Source of the DNA: the human T2T-CHM13v2.0 reference genome, Homo sapiens
Assembly (NCBI RefSeq): GCF_009914755.1
Contig: NC_060938.1
Strand: one strand, 5' to 3'
DNA length: 64,000 nt
Positions 42,001 to 54,815 of this stretch are shown piece after piece. Made by a program: the position numbers and the translations under genes. How positions within the stretch are numbered: position 1 is the stretch's first letter; the number at the start of each line of letters is the position of its first letter. Below the pieces are notes generated by a model. The model saw only the letters and a program-made list of their open reading frames with translations, searched no databases and had not been told where the DNA came from.

Positions 42001-45000
42001 CCTCTGTTAGCTGAGTTCACACATCACAAACAAGTTTATGAGAATGCTTCTGTCTAGTTTTTATTTGAAGATATTTCCTTTCTCACCATAGAGCTGAAAG
42101 CTGTCCTAATGTTCACTTCCAGATACTACAGAAAGAGTGTTTCAAAACTGCTGTACGAAAGGGAATGTTCAACTCTGTGACTTGAATGCACACATCACAA
42201 AGAAGTTTCTGAGGATGCTGCTGTCTACTTTTTATACGTAATCCCGTTTCCAACGAAATCCTCCAAGCTATCCAAATATCCACTTGCAGATTCCACAGAA
42301 AGACTGTTTCAAAACTGCTCTGTCAATAGAAAGGTTCAACTCTGTTAGCTGCATGCATATATCCCAAAGAAGATTCTGAGATTGCTTCTGTCTAGTTTTT
42401 ATGGGAAGATATTTCCCTTTTCACCGTAGGCGTCAAGGCGCTCCAAATGTCCACTTCCAGATACTACAAAAAGAGTGTTTCAAACCTACTCTGTGAAAGG
42501 GAATATTCAACTCTGTGACTTGAATGCACATATCACAAGGAAGTTTCTGAGAATGCTTCTGTCGAGATTTTATATGAAGATATTCCCGTTTCCAACGAAA
42601 TCCTGAAATGTATCCAAATATCCCCTTGCAGATTCTACAAAAAGAGTGTTTCAAAACTGCTCTGTAAAAAGAAAGGTTCAACTCTGTTAGTTGAGTACAC
42701 ACATCACAAACAAGTTTCACACAATGCTTCTTTCTAGCTTGTAGGGGAAGATATTCCCTTTATCACCATGGGCCTCAAACCGTCCGATAAGTCCACTTCC
42801 ATATACTACAAAAAGAGCGTTTCAAACCTGCTCTATGAAAGGCAATGTTCAACTCTGTGACTTGAATGCAGACATCACAGAGCAGTTTCTGAGAATGCTT
42901 CTGTCTAGATTTTATAGGAAGATATTCCCGTTTCCAACGAAATCTTCACAGCTATCCAAATATCCACTTGCAGATTCTACAAAAAGAGTGTATCAAAACT
43001 GCTCTGTCAAAAGGAAGGTTCTTTTCTGTTAGGTGAGTGCATACGTCATAAAGGAGTTTCTGAGAATGTTTCTGTCTAGTGGTTATGGGAAGATATTTGC
43101 TTTTTCACCGTAGGCCTCAGAGCGCTCCAAATATCCACTTGCACATACTACAAAAAGAGTGCCTCAAAGCTGCTCTCTGAAACGGAATGTTCAACTCTAT
43201 GAGTTGAATGCAAACATCGCAAAGACGTTTCTGAGAATGCTTCTGTCTAGATTTGATAGGAAGATATTCCCGTTTCCAACGAAATCTTCAAATCTATCCA
43301 AATGTCCACTTGCAGATTCAACAAAAAGTGTTTTTCACAACTGCTCTATCAAAAGAAAGATCCACCTCTGTTAGCTGAGTTCACACATCACAAACAAGTT
43401 TATGAGAATGCTTCTGTCTAGTTTTTATTTGAAGATATTTCCTTTCTCACCATAGAGCTGAAAGCTGTCCTAATGTTCACTTCCAGATACTACAGAAAGA
43501 GTGTTTCAAAACTGCTGTACGAAAGGGAATGTTCAACTCTGTGACTTGAATGCACACATCACAAAGAAGTTTCTGAGGATGCTGCTGTCTACTTTTTATA
43601 CGTAATCCCGTTTCCAACGAAATCCTCCAAGCTATCCAAATATCCACTTGCAGATTCCACAGAAAGACTGTTTCAAAACTGCTCTGTCAATAGAAAGGTT
43701 CAACTCTGTTAGCTGCGTGCATATATCCCAAAGAAGATTCTGAGATTGCTTCTGTCTAGTTTTTATGGGAAGATATTTCCCTTTTCACCGTAGGCGTCAA
43801 GGCGCTCCAAATGTCCACTTCCAGATACTACAAAAAGAGTGTTTCAAACCTACTCTGTGAAAGGGAATATTCAACTCTGTGACTTGAATGCACATATCAC
43901 AAAGAAGTTTCTGAGAATGCTTCTGTCGAGATTTTATATGAAGATATTCCCGTTTCCAACGAAATCCTGAAATGTATCCAAATATCCCCTTGCAGATTCT
44001 ACAAAAAGAGTGTTTCAAAACTGCTCTGTAAAAAGAAAGGTTCAACTCTGTTAGTTGAGTACACACATCACAAACAAGTTTCACACAATGCTTCTTTCTA
44101 GCTTGTAGGGGAAGATATTCCCTTTATCACCATGGGCCTCAAACCGTCCGATAAGTCCACTTCCATATACTACAAAAAGAGCGTTTCAAACCTGCTCTAT
44201 GAAAGGCAATGTTCAACTCTGTGACTTGAATGCAGACATCACAGAGCAGTTTCTGAGAATGCTTCTGTCTAGATTTTATAGGAAGATATTCCCGTTTCCA
44301 ACGAAATCTTCACAGCTATCCAAATATCCACTTGCAGATTCTACAAAAAGAGTGTATCAAAACTGCTCTGTCAAAAGGAAGGTTCTTTTCTGTTAGGTGA
44401 GTGCATACGTCATAAAGGAGTTTCTGAGAATGTTTCTGTCTAGTGGTTATGGGAAGATATTTGCTTTTTCACCGTAGGCCTCAGAGCGCTCCAAATATCC
44501 ACTTGCACATACTACAAAAAGAGTGCCTCAAAGCTGCTCTCTGAAACGGAATGTTCAACTCTATGAGTTGAATGCAAACATCGCAAAGACGTTTCTGAGA
44601 ATGCTTCTGTCTAGATTTGATATGAAGATATTCCCGTTTCCAACGAAATCTTCAAATCTATCCAAATGTCCACTTGCAGATTCAACAAAAAGTGTTTTTC
44701 AGAACTGCTCTATCAAAAGAAAGATCCACCTCTGTTAGCTGAGTTCACACATCACAAACAAGTTTATGAGAATGCTTCTGTCTAGTTTTTATTTGAAGAT
44801 ATTTCCTTTCTCACCATAGAGCTGAAAGCTGTCCTAATGTTCACTTCCAGATACTACAGAAAGAGTGTTTCAAAACTGCTGTACGAAAGGGAATGTTCAA
44901 CTCTGTGACTTGAATGCACACATCACAAAGAAGTTTCTGAGGATGCTGCTGTCTACTTTTTATACGTAATCCCGTTTCCAACGAAATCCTCCAAGCTATC

Positions 45001-48000
45001 CAAATATCCACTTGCAGATTCCACAGAAAGACTGTTTCAAAACTGCTCTGTCAATAGAAAGGTTCAACTCTGTTAGCTGCATGCATATATCCCAAAGAAG
45101 ATTCTGAGATTGCTTCTGTCTAGTTTTTATGGGAAGATATTTCCCTTTTCACCGTAGGCGTCAAGGCGCTCCAAATGTCCACTTCCAGATACTACAAAAA
45201 GAGTGTTTCAAACCTACTCTGTGAAAGGGAATATTCAACTCTGTGACTTGAATGCACATATCACAAGGAAGTTTCTGAGAATGCTTCTGTCGAGATTTTA
45301 TATGAAGATATTCCCGTTTCCAACGAAATCCTGAAATGTATCCAAATATCCCCTTGCAGATTCTACAAAAAGAGTGTTTCAAAACTGCTCTGTAAAAAGA
45401 AAGGTTCAACTCTGTTAGTTGAGTACACACATCACAAACAAGTTTCACACAATGCTTCTTTCTAGCTTGTAGGGGAAGATATTCCCTTTATCACCATGGG
45501 CCTCAAACCGTCCGATAAGTCCACTTCCATATACTACAAAAAGAGCGTTTCAAACCTGCTCTATGAAAGGCAATGTTCAACTCTGTGACTTGAATGCAGA
45601 CATCACAGAGCAGTTTCTGAGAATGCTTCTGTCTAGATTTTATAGGAAGATATTCCCGTTTCCAACGAAATCTTCACAGCTATCCAAATATCCACTTGCA
45701 GATTCTACAAAAAGAGTGTATCAAAACTGCTCTGTCAAAAGGAAGGTTCTTTTCTGTTAGGTGAGTGCATACGTCATAAAGGAGTTTCTGAGAATGTTTC
45801 TGTCTAGTGGTTATGGGAAGATATTTGCTTTTTCACCGTAGGCCTCAGAGCGCTCCAAATATCCACTTGCACATACTACAAAAAGAGTGCCTCAAAGCTG
45901 CTCTCTGAAACGGAATGTTCAACTCTATGAGTTGAATGCAAACATCGCAAAGACGTTTCTGAGAATGCTTCTGTCTAGATTTGATATGAAGATATTCCCG
46001 TTTCCAACGAAATCTTCAAATCTATCCAAATGTCCACTTGCAGATTCAACAAAAAGTGTTTTTCAGAACTGCTCTATCAAAAGAAAGATCCACCTCTGTT
46101 AGCTGAGTTCACACATCACAAACAAGTTTATGAGAATGCTTCTGTCTAGTTTTTATTTGAAGATATTTCCTTTCTCACCATAGAGCTGAAAGCTGTCCTA
46201 ATGTTCACTTCCAGATACTACAGAAAGAGTGTTTCAAAACTGCTGTACGAAAGGGAATGTTCAACTCTGTGACTTGAATGCACACATCACAAAGAAGTTT
46301 CTGAGGATGCTGCTGTCTACTTTTTATACGTAATCCCGTTTCCAACGAAATCCTCCAAGCTATCCAAATATCCACTTGCAGATTCCACAGAAAGACTGTT
46401 TCAAAACTGCTCTGTCAATAGAAAGGTTCAACTCTGTTAGCTGCGTGCATATATCCCAAAGAAGATTCTGAGATTGCTTCTGTCTAGTTTTTATGGGAAG
46501 ATATTTCCCTTTTCACCGTAGGCGTCAAGGCGCTCCAAATGTCCACTTCCAGATACTACAAAAAGAGTGTTTCAAACCTACTCTGTGAAAGGGAATATTC
46601 AACTCTGTGACTTGAATGCACATATCACAAAGAAGTTTCTGAGAATGCTTCTGTCGAGATTTTATATGAAGATATTCCCGTTTCCAACGAAATCCTGAAA
46701 TCTATCCAAATATCCCCTCGCAGATTCTACAAAAAGAGTGTTTCAAAACTGCTCTGTGAAAAGAAAGGTTCAACTCTGTTAGTTGAGTACACACATCACA
46801 AACAAGTTTCACAGAATGCTTCTTTCTAGCTCGTAGGGGAAGATATTCCCTTTATCACCATGGGCCTCCAACCGTCCGAAACATCCACTTCCATATACTA
46901 CAAAAAGAGCGTTTCAAACCTGCTCTATGAAAGGCAATGTTCAACTCTGTGACTTGAATGCAGACATCACAGAGCAGTTTCTGAGAATGCTTCTGTCTAG
47001 ATTTTATAGGAAGATATTCCCGTTTCCAACGAAATCTTCACAGCTATCCAAATATCCACTTGCAGATTCTACAAAAAGAGTGCATCAAAACTGCTCTGTC
47101 AAAAGGAAGGTTCTTCTCTGTTAGGTGAGTGCATACGTCATAAAGGAGTTTCTGAGAATGTTTCTGTCTAGTGGTTATGGGAAGATATTTGCTTTTTCAC
47201 CGTAGGCCTCAGAGCGCTCCAAATATCCACTTGCACATACTACAAAAAGAGTGCCTCAAAGCTGCTCTCTGAAACGGAATGTTCAACTCTATGAGTTGAA
47301 TGCAAACATCACAAAGACGTTTCTGAGAATGCTTCTGTCTAGATTTGATATGAAGATATTCCCGTTTCCAACGAAATCTTCAAATCTATCCAAATGTCCA
47401 CTTGCAGATTCAACAAAAAGTGTTTTTCAGAACTGCTCTATCAAAAGAAAGATCCACCTCTGTTAGCTGAGTTCACACATCACAAACAAGTTTATGAGAA
47501 TGCTTCTGTCTAGTTTTTATTTGAAGATATTTCCTTTCTCACCATAGAGCTGAAAGCTGTCCTAATGTTCACTTCCAGATACTACAGAAAGAGTGTTTCA
47601 AAACTGCTGTACGAAAGGGAATGTTCAACTCTGTGACTTGAATGCACACATCACAAAGAAGTTTCTGAGGATGCTGCTGTCTACTTTTTATACGTAATCC
47701 CGTTTCCAACGAAATCCTCCAAGCTATCCAAATATCCACTTGCAGATTCCACAGAAAGACTGTTTCAAAACTGCTCTGTCAATAGAAAGGTTCAACTCTG
47801 TTAGCTGCATGCATATATCCCAAAGAAGATTCTGAGATTGCTTCTGTCTAGTTTTTATGGGAAGATATTTCCCTTTTCACCGTAGGCGTCAAGGCGCTCC
47901 AAATGTCCACTTCCAGATACTACAAAAAGAGTGTTTCAAACCTACTCTGTGAAAGGGAATATTCAACTCTGTGACTTGAATGCACATATCACAAGGAAGT

Positions 48001-51000
48001 TTCTGAGAATGCTTCTGTCGAGATTTTATATGAAGATATTCCCGTTTCCAACGAAATCCTGAAATCTATCCAAATATCCCCTTGCAGATTCTACAAAAAG
48101 AGTGTTTCAAAACTGCTCTGTAAAAAGAAAGGTTCAACTCTGTTAGTTGAGTACACACATCACAAACAAGTTTCACACAATGCTTCTTTCTAGCTTGTAG
48201 GGGAAGATATTCCCTTTATCACCATGGGCCTCAAACCGTCCGATAAGTCCACTTCCATATACTACAAAAAGAGCGTTTCAAACCTGCTCTATGAAAGGCA
48301 ATGTTCAACTCTGTGACTTGAATGCAGACATCACAGAGCAGTTTCTGAGAATGCTTCTGTCTAGATTTTATAGGAAGATATTCCCGTTTCCAACGAAATC
48401 TTCACAGCTATCCAAATATCCACTTGCAGATTCTACAAAAAGAGTGTATCAAAACTGCTCTGTCAAAAGGAAGGTTCTTTTCTGTTAGGTGAGTGCATAC
48501 GTCATAAAGGAGTTTCTGAGAATGTTTCTGTCTAGTGGTTATGGGAAGATATTTGCTTTTTCACCGTAGGCCTCAGAGCGCTCCAAATATCCACTTGCAC
48601 ATACTACAAAAAGAGTGCCTCAAAGCTGCTCTCTGAAACGGAATGTTCAACTCTATGAGTTGAATGCAAACATCGCAAAGACGTTTCTGAGAATGCTTCT
48701 GTCTAGATTTGATATGAAGATATTCCCGTTTCCAACGAAATCTTCAAATCTATCCAAATGTCCACTTGCAGATTCAACAAAAAGTGTTTTTCAGAACTGC
48801 TCTATCAAAAGAAAGATCCACCTCTGTTAGCTGAGTTCACACATCACAAACAAGTTTATGAGAATGCTTCTGTCTAGTTTTTATTTGAAGATATTTCCTT
48901 TCTCACCATAGAGCTGAAAGCTGTCCTAATGTTCACTTCCAGATACTACAGAAAGAGTGTTTCAAAACTGCTGTACGAAAGGGAATGTTCAACTCTGTGA
49001 CTTGAATGCACACATCACAAAGAAGTTTCTGAGGATGCTGCTGTCTACTTTTTATACGTAATCCCGTTTCCAACGAAATCCTCCAAGCTATCCAAATATC
49101 CACTTGCAGATTCCACAGAAAGACTGTTTCAAAACTGCTCTGTCAATAGAAAGGTTCAACTCTGTTAGCTGCGTGCATATATCCCAAAGAAGATTCTGAG
49201 ATTGCTTCTGTCTAGTTTTTATGGGAAGATATTTCCCTTTTCACCGTAGGTGTCAAGGCGCTCCAAATGTCCACTTCCAGATACTACAAAAAGAGTGTTT
49301 CAAACCTACTCTGTGAAAGGGAATATTCAACTCTGTGACTTGAATGCACATATCACAAAGAAGTTTCTGAGAATGCTTCTGTCGAGATTTTATATGAAGA
49401 TATTCCCGTTTCCAACGAAATGCTGAAATCTATCCAAATATCCCCTCGCAGATTCTACAAAAAGAGTGTTTCAAAACTGCTCTGTGAAAAGAAAGGTTCA
49501 ACTCTGTTAGTTGAGTACACACATCACAAACAAGTTTCACAGAATGCTTCTTTCTAGCTTGTAGGGGAAGATATTCCCTTTATCACCATGGGCCTCCAAC
49601 CGTCCGAAACATCCACTTCCATATACTACAAAAAGAGCGTTTCAAACCTGCTCTATGAAAGGCAATGTTCAACTCTGTGACTTGAATGCAGACATCACAG
49701 AGCAGTTTCTGAGAATGCTTCTGTCTAGATTTTATAGGAAGATATTCCCGTTTCCAACGAAATCTTCACAGCTATCCAAATATCCACTTGCAGATTCTAC
49801 AAAAAGAGTGTATCAAAACTGCTCTGTCAAAAGGAAGGTTCTTCTCTGTTAGGTGAGTGCATACGTCATAAAGGAGTTTCTGAGAATGTTTCTGTCTAGT
49901 GGTTATGGGAAGATATTTGCTTTTTCACCGTAGGCCTCAGAGCGCTCCAAATATCCACTTGCACATACTACAAAAAGAGTGCTTCAAAGCTGCTCTCTGA
50001 AACGGAATGTTCAACTCTATGAGTTGAATGCAAACATCACAAAGACGTTTCTGAGAATGCTTCTGTCTAGATTTGATATGAAGATATTCCCGTTTCCAAC
50101 GAAATCTTCAAATCTATCCAAATGTCCACTTGCAGATTCAACAAAAAGTGTTTTTCAGAACTGCTCTATCAAAAGAAAGATCCACCTCTGTTAGCTGAGT
50201 TCACACATCACAAACAAGTTTATGAGAATGCTTCTGTCTAGTTTTTATTTGAAGATATTTCCTTTCTCACCATAGAGCTGAAAGCTGTCCTAATGTTCAC
50301 TTCCAGATACTACAGAAAGAGTGTTTCAAAACTGCTGTACGAAAGGGAATGTTCAACTCTGTGACTTGAATGCACACATCACAAAGAAGTTTCTGAGGAT
50401 GCTGCTGTCTACTTTTTATACGTAATCCCGTTTCCAACGAAATCCTCCAAGCTATCCAAATATCCACTTGCAGATTCCACAGAAAGACTGTTTCAAAACT
50501 GCTCTGTCAATAGAAAGGTTCAACTCTGTTAGCTGCATGCATATATCCCAAAGAAGATTCTGAGATTGCTTCTGTCTAGTTTTTATGGGAAGATATTTCC
50601 CTTTTCACCGTAGGCGTCAAGGCGCTCCAAATGTCCACTTCCAGATACTACAAAAAGAGTGTTTCAAACCTACTCTGTGAAAGGGAATATTCAACTCTGT
50701 GACTTGAATGCACATATCACAAGGAAGTTTCTGAGAATGCTTCTGTCGAGATTTTATATGAAGATATTCCCGTTTCCAACGAAATCCTGAAATGTATCCA
50801 AATATCCCCTTGCAGATTCTACAAAAAGAGTGTTTCAAAACTGCTCTGTAAAAAGAAAGGTTCAACTCTGTTAGTTGAGTACACACATCACAAACAAGTT
50901 TCACACAATGCTTCTTTCTAGCTTGTAGGGGAAGATATTCCCTTTATCACCATGGGCCTCAAACCGTCCGATAAGTCCACTTCCATATACTACAAAAAGA

Positions 51001-54000
51001 GCGTTTCAAACCTGCTCTATGAAAGGCAATGTTCAACTCTGTGACTTGAATGCAGACATCACAGAGCAGTTTCTGAGAATGCTTCTGTCTAGATTTTATA
51101 GGAAGATATTCCCGTTTCCAACGAAATCTTCACAGCTATCCAAATATCCACTTGCGGATTCTACAAAAAGAGTGTATCAAAACTGCTCTGTCAAAAGGAA
51201 GGTTCTTTTCTGTTAGGTGAGTGCATACGTCATAAAGGAGTTTCTGAGAATGTTTCTGTCTAGTGGTTATGGGAAGATATTTGCTTTTTCACCGTAGGCC
51301 TCAGAGCGCTCCAAATATCCACTTGCACATACTACAAAAAGAGTGCCTCAAAGCTGCTCTCTGAAACGGAATGTTCAACTCTATGAGTTGAATGCAAACA
51401 TCGCAAAGACGTTTCTGAGAATGCTTCTGTCTAGATTTGATATGAAGATATTCCCGTTTCCAACGAAATCTTCAAATCTATCCAAATGTCCACTTGCAGA
51501 TTCAACAAAAAGTGTTTTTCAGAACTGCTCTATCAAAAGAAAGATCCACCTCTGTTAGCTGAGTTCACACATCACAAACAAGTTTATGAGAATGCTTCTG
51601 TCTAGTTTTTATTTGAAGATATTTCCTTTCTCACCATAGAGCTGAAAGCTGTCCTAATGTTCACTTCCAGATACTACAGAAAGAGTGTTTCAAAACTGCT
51701 GTACGAAAGGGAATGTTCAACTATGTGACTTGAATGCACACATCACAAAGAAGTTTCTGAGGATGCTGCTGTCTACTTTTTATACGTAATCCCGTTTCCA
51801 ACGAAATCCTCCAAGCTATCCAAATATCCACTTGCAGATTCCACAGAAAGACTGTTTCAAAACTGCTCTGTCAATAGAAAGGTTCAACTCTGTTAGCTGC
51901 GTGCATATATCCCAAAGAAGATTCTGAGATTGCTTCTGTCTAGTTTTTATGGGAAGATATTTCCCTTTTCACCGTAGGTGTCAAGGCGCTCCAAATGTCC
52001 ACTTCCAGATACTACAAAAAGAGTGTTTCAAACCTACTCTGTGAAAGGGAATATTCAACTCTGTGACTTGAATGCACATATCACAAAGAAGTTTCTGAGA
52101 ATGCTTCTGTCGAGATTTTATATGAAGATATTCCCGTTTCCAACGAAATGCTGAAATCTATCCAAATATCCCCTCGCAGATTCTACAAAAAGAGTGTTTC
52201 AAAACTGCTCTGTGAAAAGAAAGGTTCAACTCTGTTAGTTGAGTACACACATCACAAACAAGTTTCACACAATGCTTCTTTCTAGCTTGTAGGGGAAGAT
52301 ATTCCCTTTATCACCATGGGCCTCCAACCGTCCGAAACATCCACTTCCATATACTACAAAAAGAGCGTTTCAAACCTGCTCTATGAAAGGCAATGTTCAA
52401 CTCTGTGACTTGAATGCAGACATCACAGAGCAGTTTCTGAGAATGCTTCTGTCTAGATTTTATAGGAAGATATTCCCGTTTCCAACGAAATCTTCACAGC
52501 TATCCAAATATCCACTTGCAGATTCTACAAAAAGAGTGTATCAAAACTGCTCTGTCAAAAGGAAGGTTCTTCTCTGTTAGGTGAGTGCATACGTCATAAA
52601 GGAGTTTCTGAGAATGTTTCTGTCTAGTGGTTATGGGAAGATATTTGCTTTTTCACCGTAGGCCTCAGAGCGCTCCAAATATCCACTTGCACATACTACA
52701 AAAAGAGTGCTTCAAAGCTGCTCTCTGAAACGGAATGTTCAACTCTATGAGTTGAATGCAAACATCACAAAGACGTTTCTGAGAATGCTTCTGTCTAGAT
52801 TTGATATGAAGATATTCCCGTTTCCAACGAAATCTTCAAATCTATCCAAATGTCCACTTGCAGATTCAACAAAAAGTGTTTTTCAGAACTGCTCTATCAA
52901 AAGAAAGATCCACCTCTGTTAGCTGAGTTCACACATCACAAACAAGTTTATGAGAATGCTTCTGTCTAGTTTTTATTTGAAGATATTTCCTTTCTCACCA
53001 TAGAGCTGAAAGCTGTCCTAATGTTCACTTCCAGATACTACAGAAAGAGTGTTTCAAAACTGCTGTACGAAAGGGAATGTTCAACTCTGTGACTTGAATG
53101 CACACATCACAAAGAAGTTTCTGAGGATGCTGCTGTCTACTTTTTATACGTAATCCCGTTTCCAACGAAATCCTCCAAGCTATCCAAATATCCACTTGCA
53201 GATTCCACAGAAAGACTGTTTCAAAACTGCTCTGTCAATAGAAAGGTTCAACTCTGTTAGCTGCATGCATATATCCCAAAGAAGATTCTGAGATTGCTTC
53301 TGTCTAGTTTTTATGGGAAGATATTTCCCTTTTCACCGTAGGCGTCAAGGCGCTCCAAATGTCCACTTCCAGATACTACAAAAAGAGTGTTTCAAACCTA
53401 CTCTGTGAAAGGGAATATTCAACTCTGTGACTTGAATGCACATATCACAAGGAAGTTTCTGAGAATGCTTCTGTCGAGATTTTATATGAAGATATTCCCG
53501 TTTCCAACGAAATCCTGAAATGTATCCAAATATCCCCTTGCAGATTCTACAAAAAGAGTGTTTCAAAACTGCTCTGTAAAAAGAAAGGTTCAACTCTGTT
53601 AGTTGAGTACACACATCACAAACAAGTTTCACACAATGCTTCTTTCTAGCTTGTAGGGGAAGATATTCCCTTTATCACCATGGGCCTCAAACCGTCCGAT
53701 AAGTCCACTTCCATATACTACAAAAAGAGCGTTTCAAACCTGCTCTATGAAAGGCAATGTTCAACTCTGTGACTTGAATGCAGACATCACAGAGCAGTTT
53801 CTGAGAATGCTTCTGTCTAGATTTTATAGGAAGATATTCCCGTTTCCAACGAAATCTTCACAGCTATCCAAATATCCACTTGCAGATTCTACAAAAAGAG
53901 TGTATCAAAACTGCTCTGTCAAAAGGAAGGTTCTTTTCTGTTAGGTGAGTGCATACGTCATAAAGGAGTTTCTGAGAATGTTTCTGTCTAGTGGTTATGG

Positions 54001-54815
54001 GAAGATATTTGCTTTTTCACCGTAGGCCTCAGAGCGCTCCAAATATCCACTTGCACATACTACAAAAAGAGTGCCTCAAAGCTGCTCTCTGAAACGGAAT
54101 GTTCAACTCTATGAGTTGAATGCAAACATCGCAAAGACGTTTCTGAGAATGCTTCTGTCTAGATTTGATAGGAAGATATTCCCGTTTCCAACGAAATCTT
54201 CAAATCTATCCAAATGTCCACTTGCAGATTCAACAAAAAGTGTTTTTCACAACTGCTCTATCAAAAGAAAGATCCACCTCTGTTAGCTGAGTTCACACAT
54301 CACAAACAAGTTTATGAGAATGCTTCTGTCTAGTTTTTATTTGAAGATATTTCCTTTCTCACCATAGAGCTGAAAGCTGTCCTAATGTTCACTTCCAGAT
54401 ACTACAGAAAGAGTGTTTCAAAACTGCTGTACGAAAGGGAATGTTCAACTCTGTGACTTGAATGCACACATCACAAAGAAGTTTCTGAGGATGCTGCTGT
54501 CTACTTTTTATACGTAATCCCGTTTCCAACGAAATCCTCCAAGCTATCCAAATATCCACTTGCAGATTCCACAGAAAGACTGTTTCAAAACTGCTCTGTC
54601 AATAGAAAGGTTCAACTCTGTTAGCTGCGTGCATATATCCCAAAGAAGATTCTGAGATTGCTTCTGTCTAGTTTTTATGGGAAGATATTTCCCTTTTCAC
54701 CGTAGGCGTCAAGGCGCTCCAAATGTCCACTTCCAGATACTACAAAAAGAGTGTTTCAAACCTACTCTGTGAAAGGGAATATTCAACTCTGTGACTTGAA
54801 TGCACATATCACAAA
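33054..54815. repeat. Tandem segmental duplication within the array, unit 10,912 bp (8 HORs), two copies
   Basis: Rare variants pair at exactly +10912: 35920/46832, 36171/47083, 40244/51156, 40811/51723, 43259/54171, 43338/54250. The order of HOR haplotypes is also the same in both copies. Confidence 0.92.

Noticed and set aside
43259-43338. T>G at 43259 makes the box-3 flank (ataggaagatattcccg) match the box-2 monomer, suggesting inter-monomer conversion
   Set aside because: It is a single base, neighbouring monomer-specific bases are unconverted, and the linked 43338 change does not match the box-2 monomer. Point mutation is sufficient.
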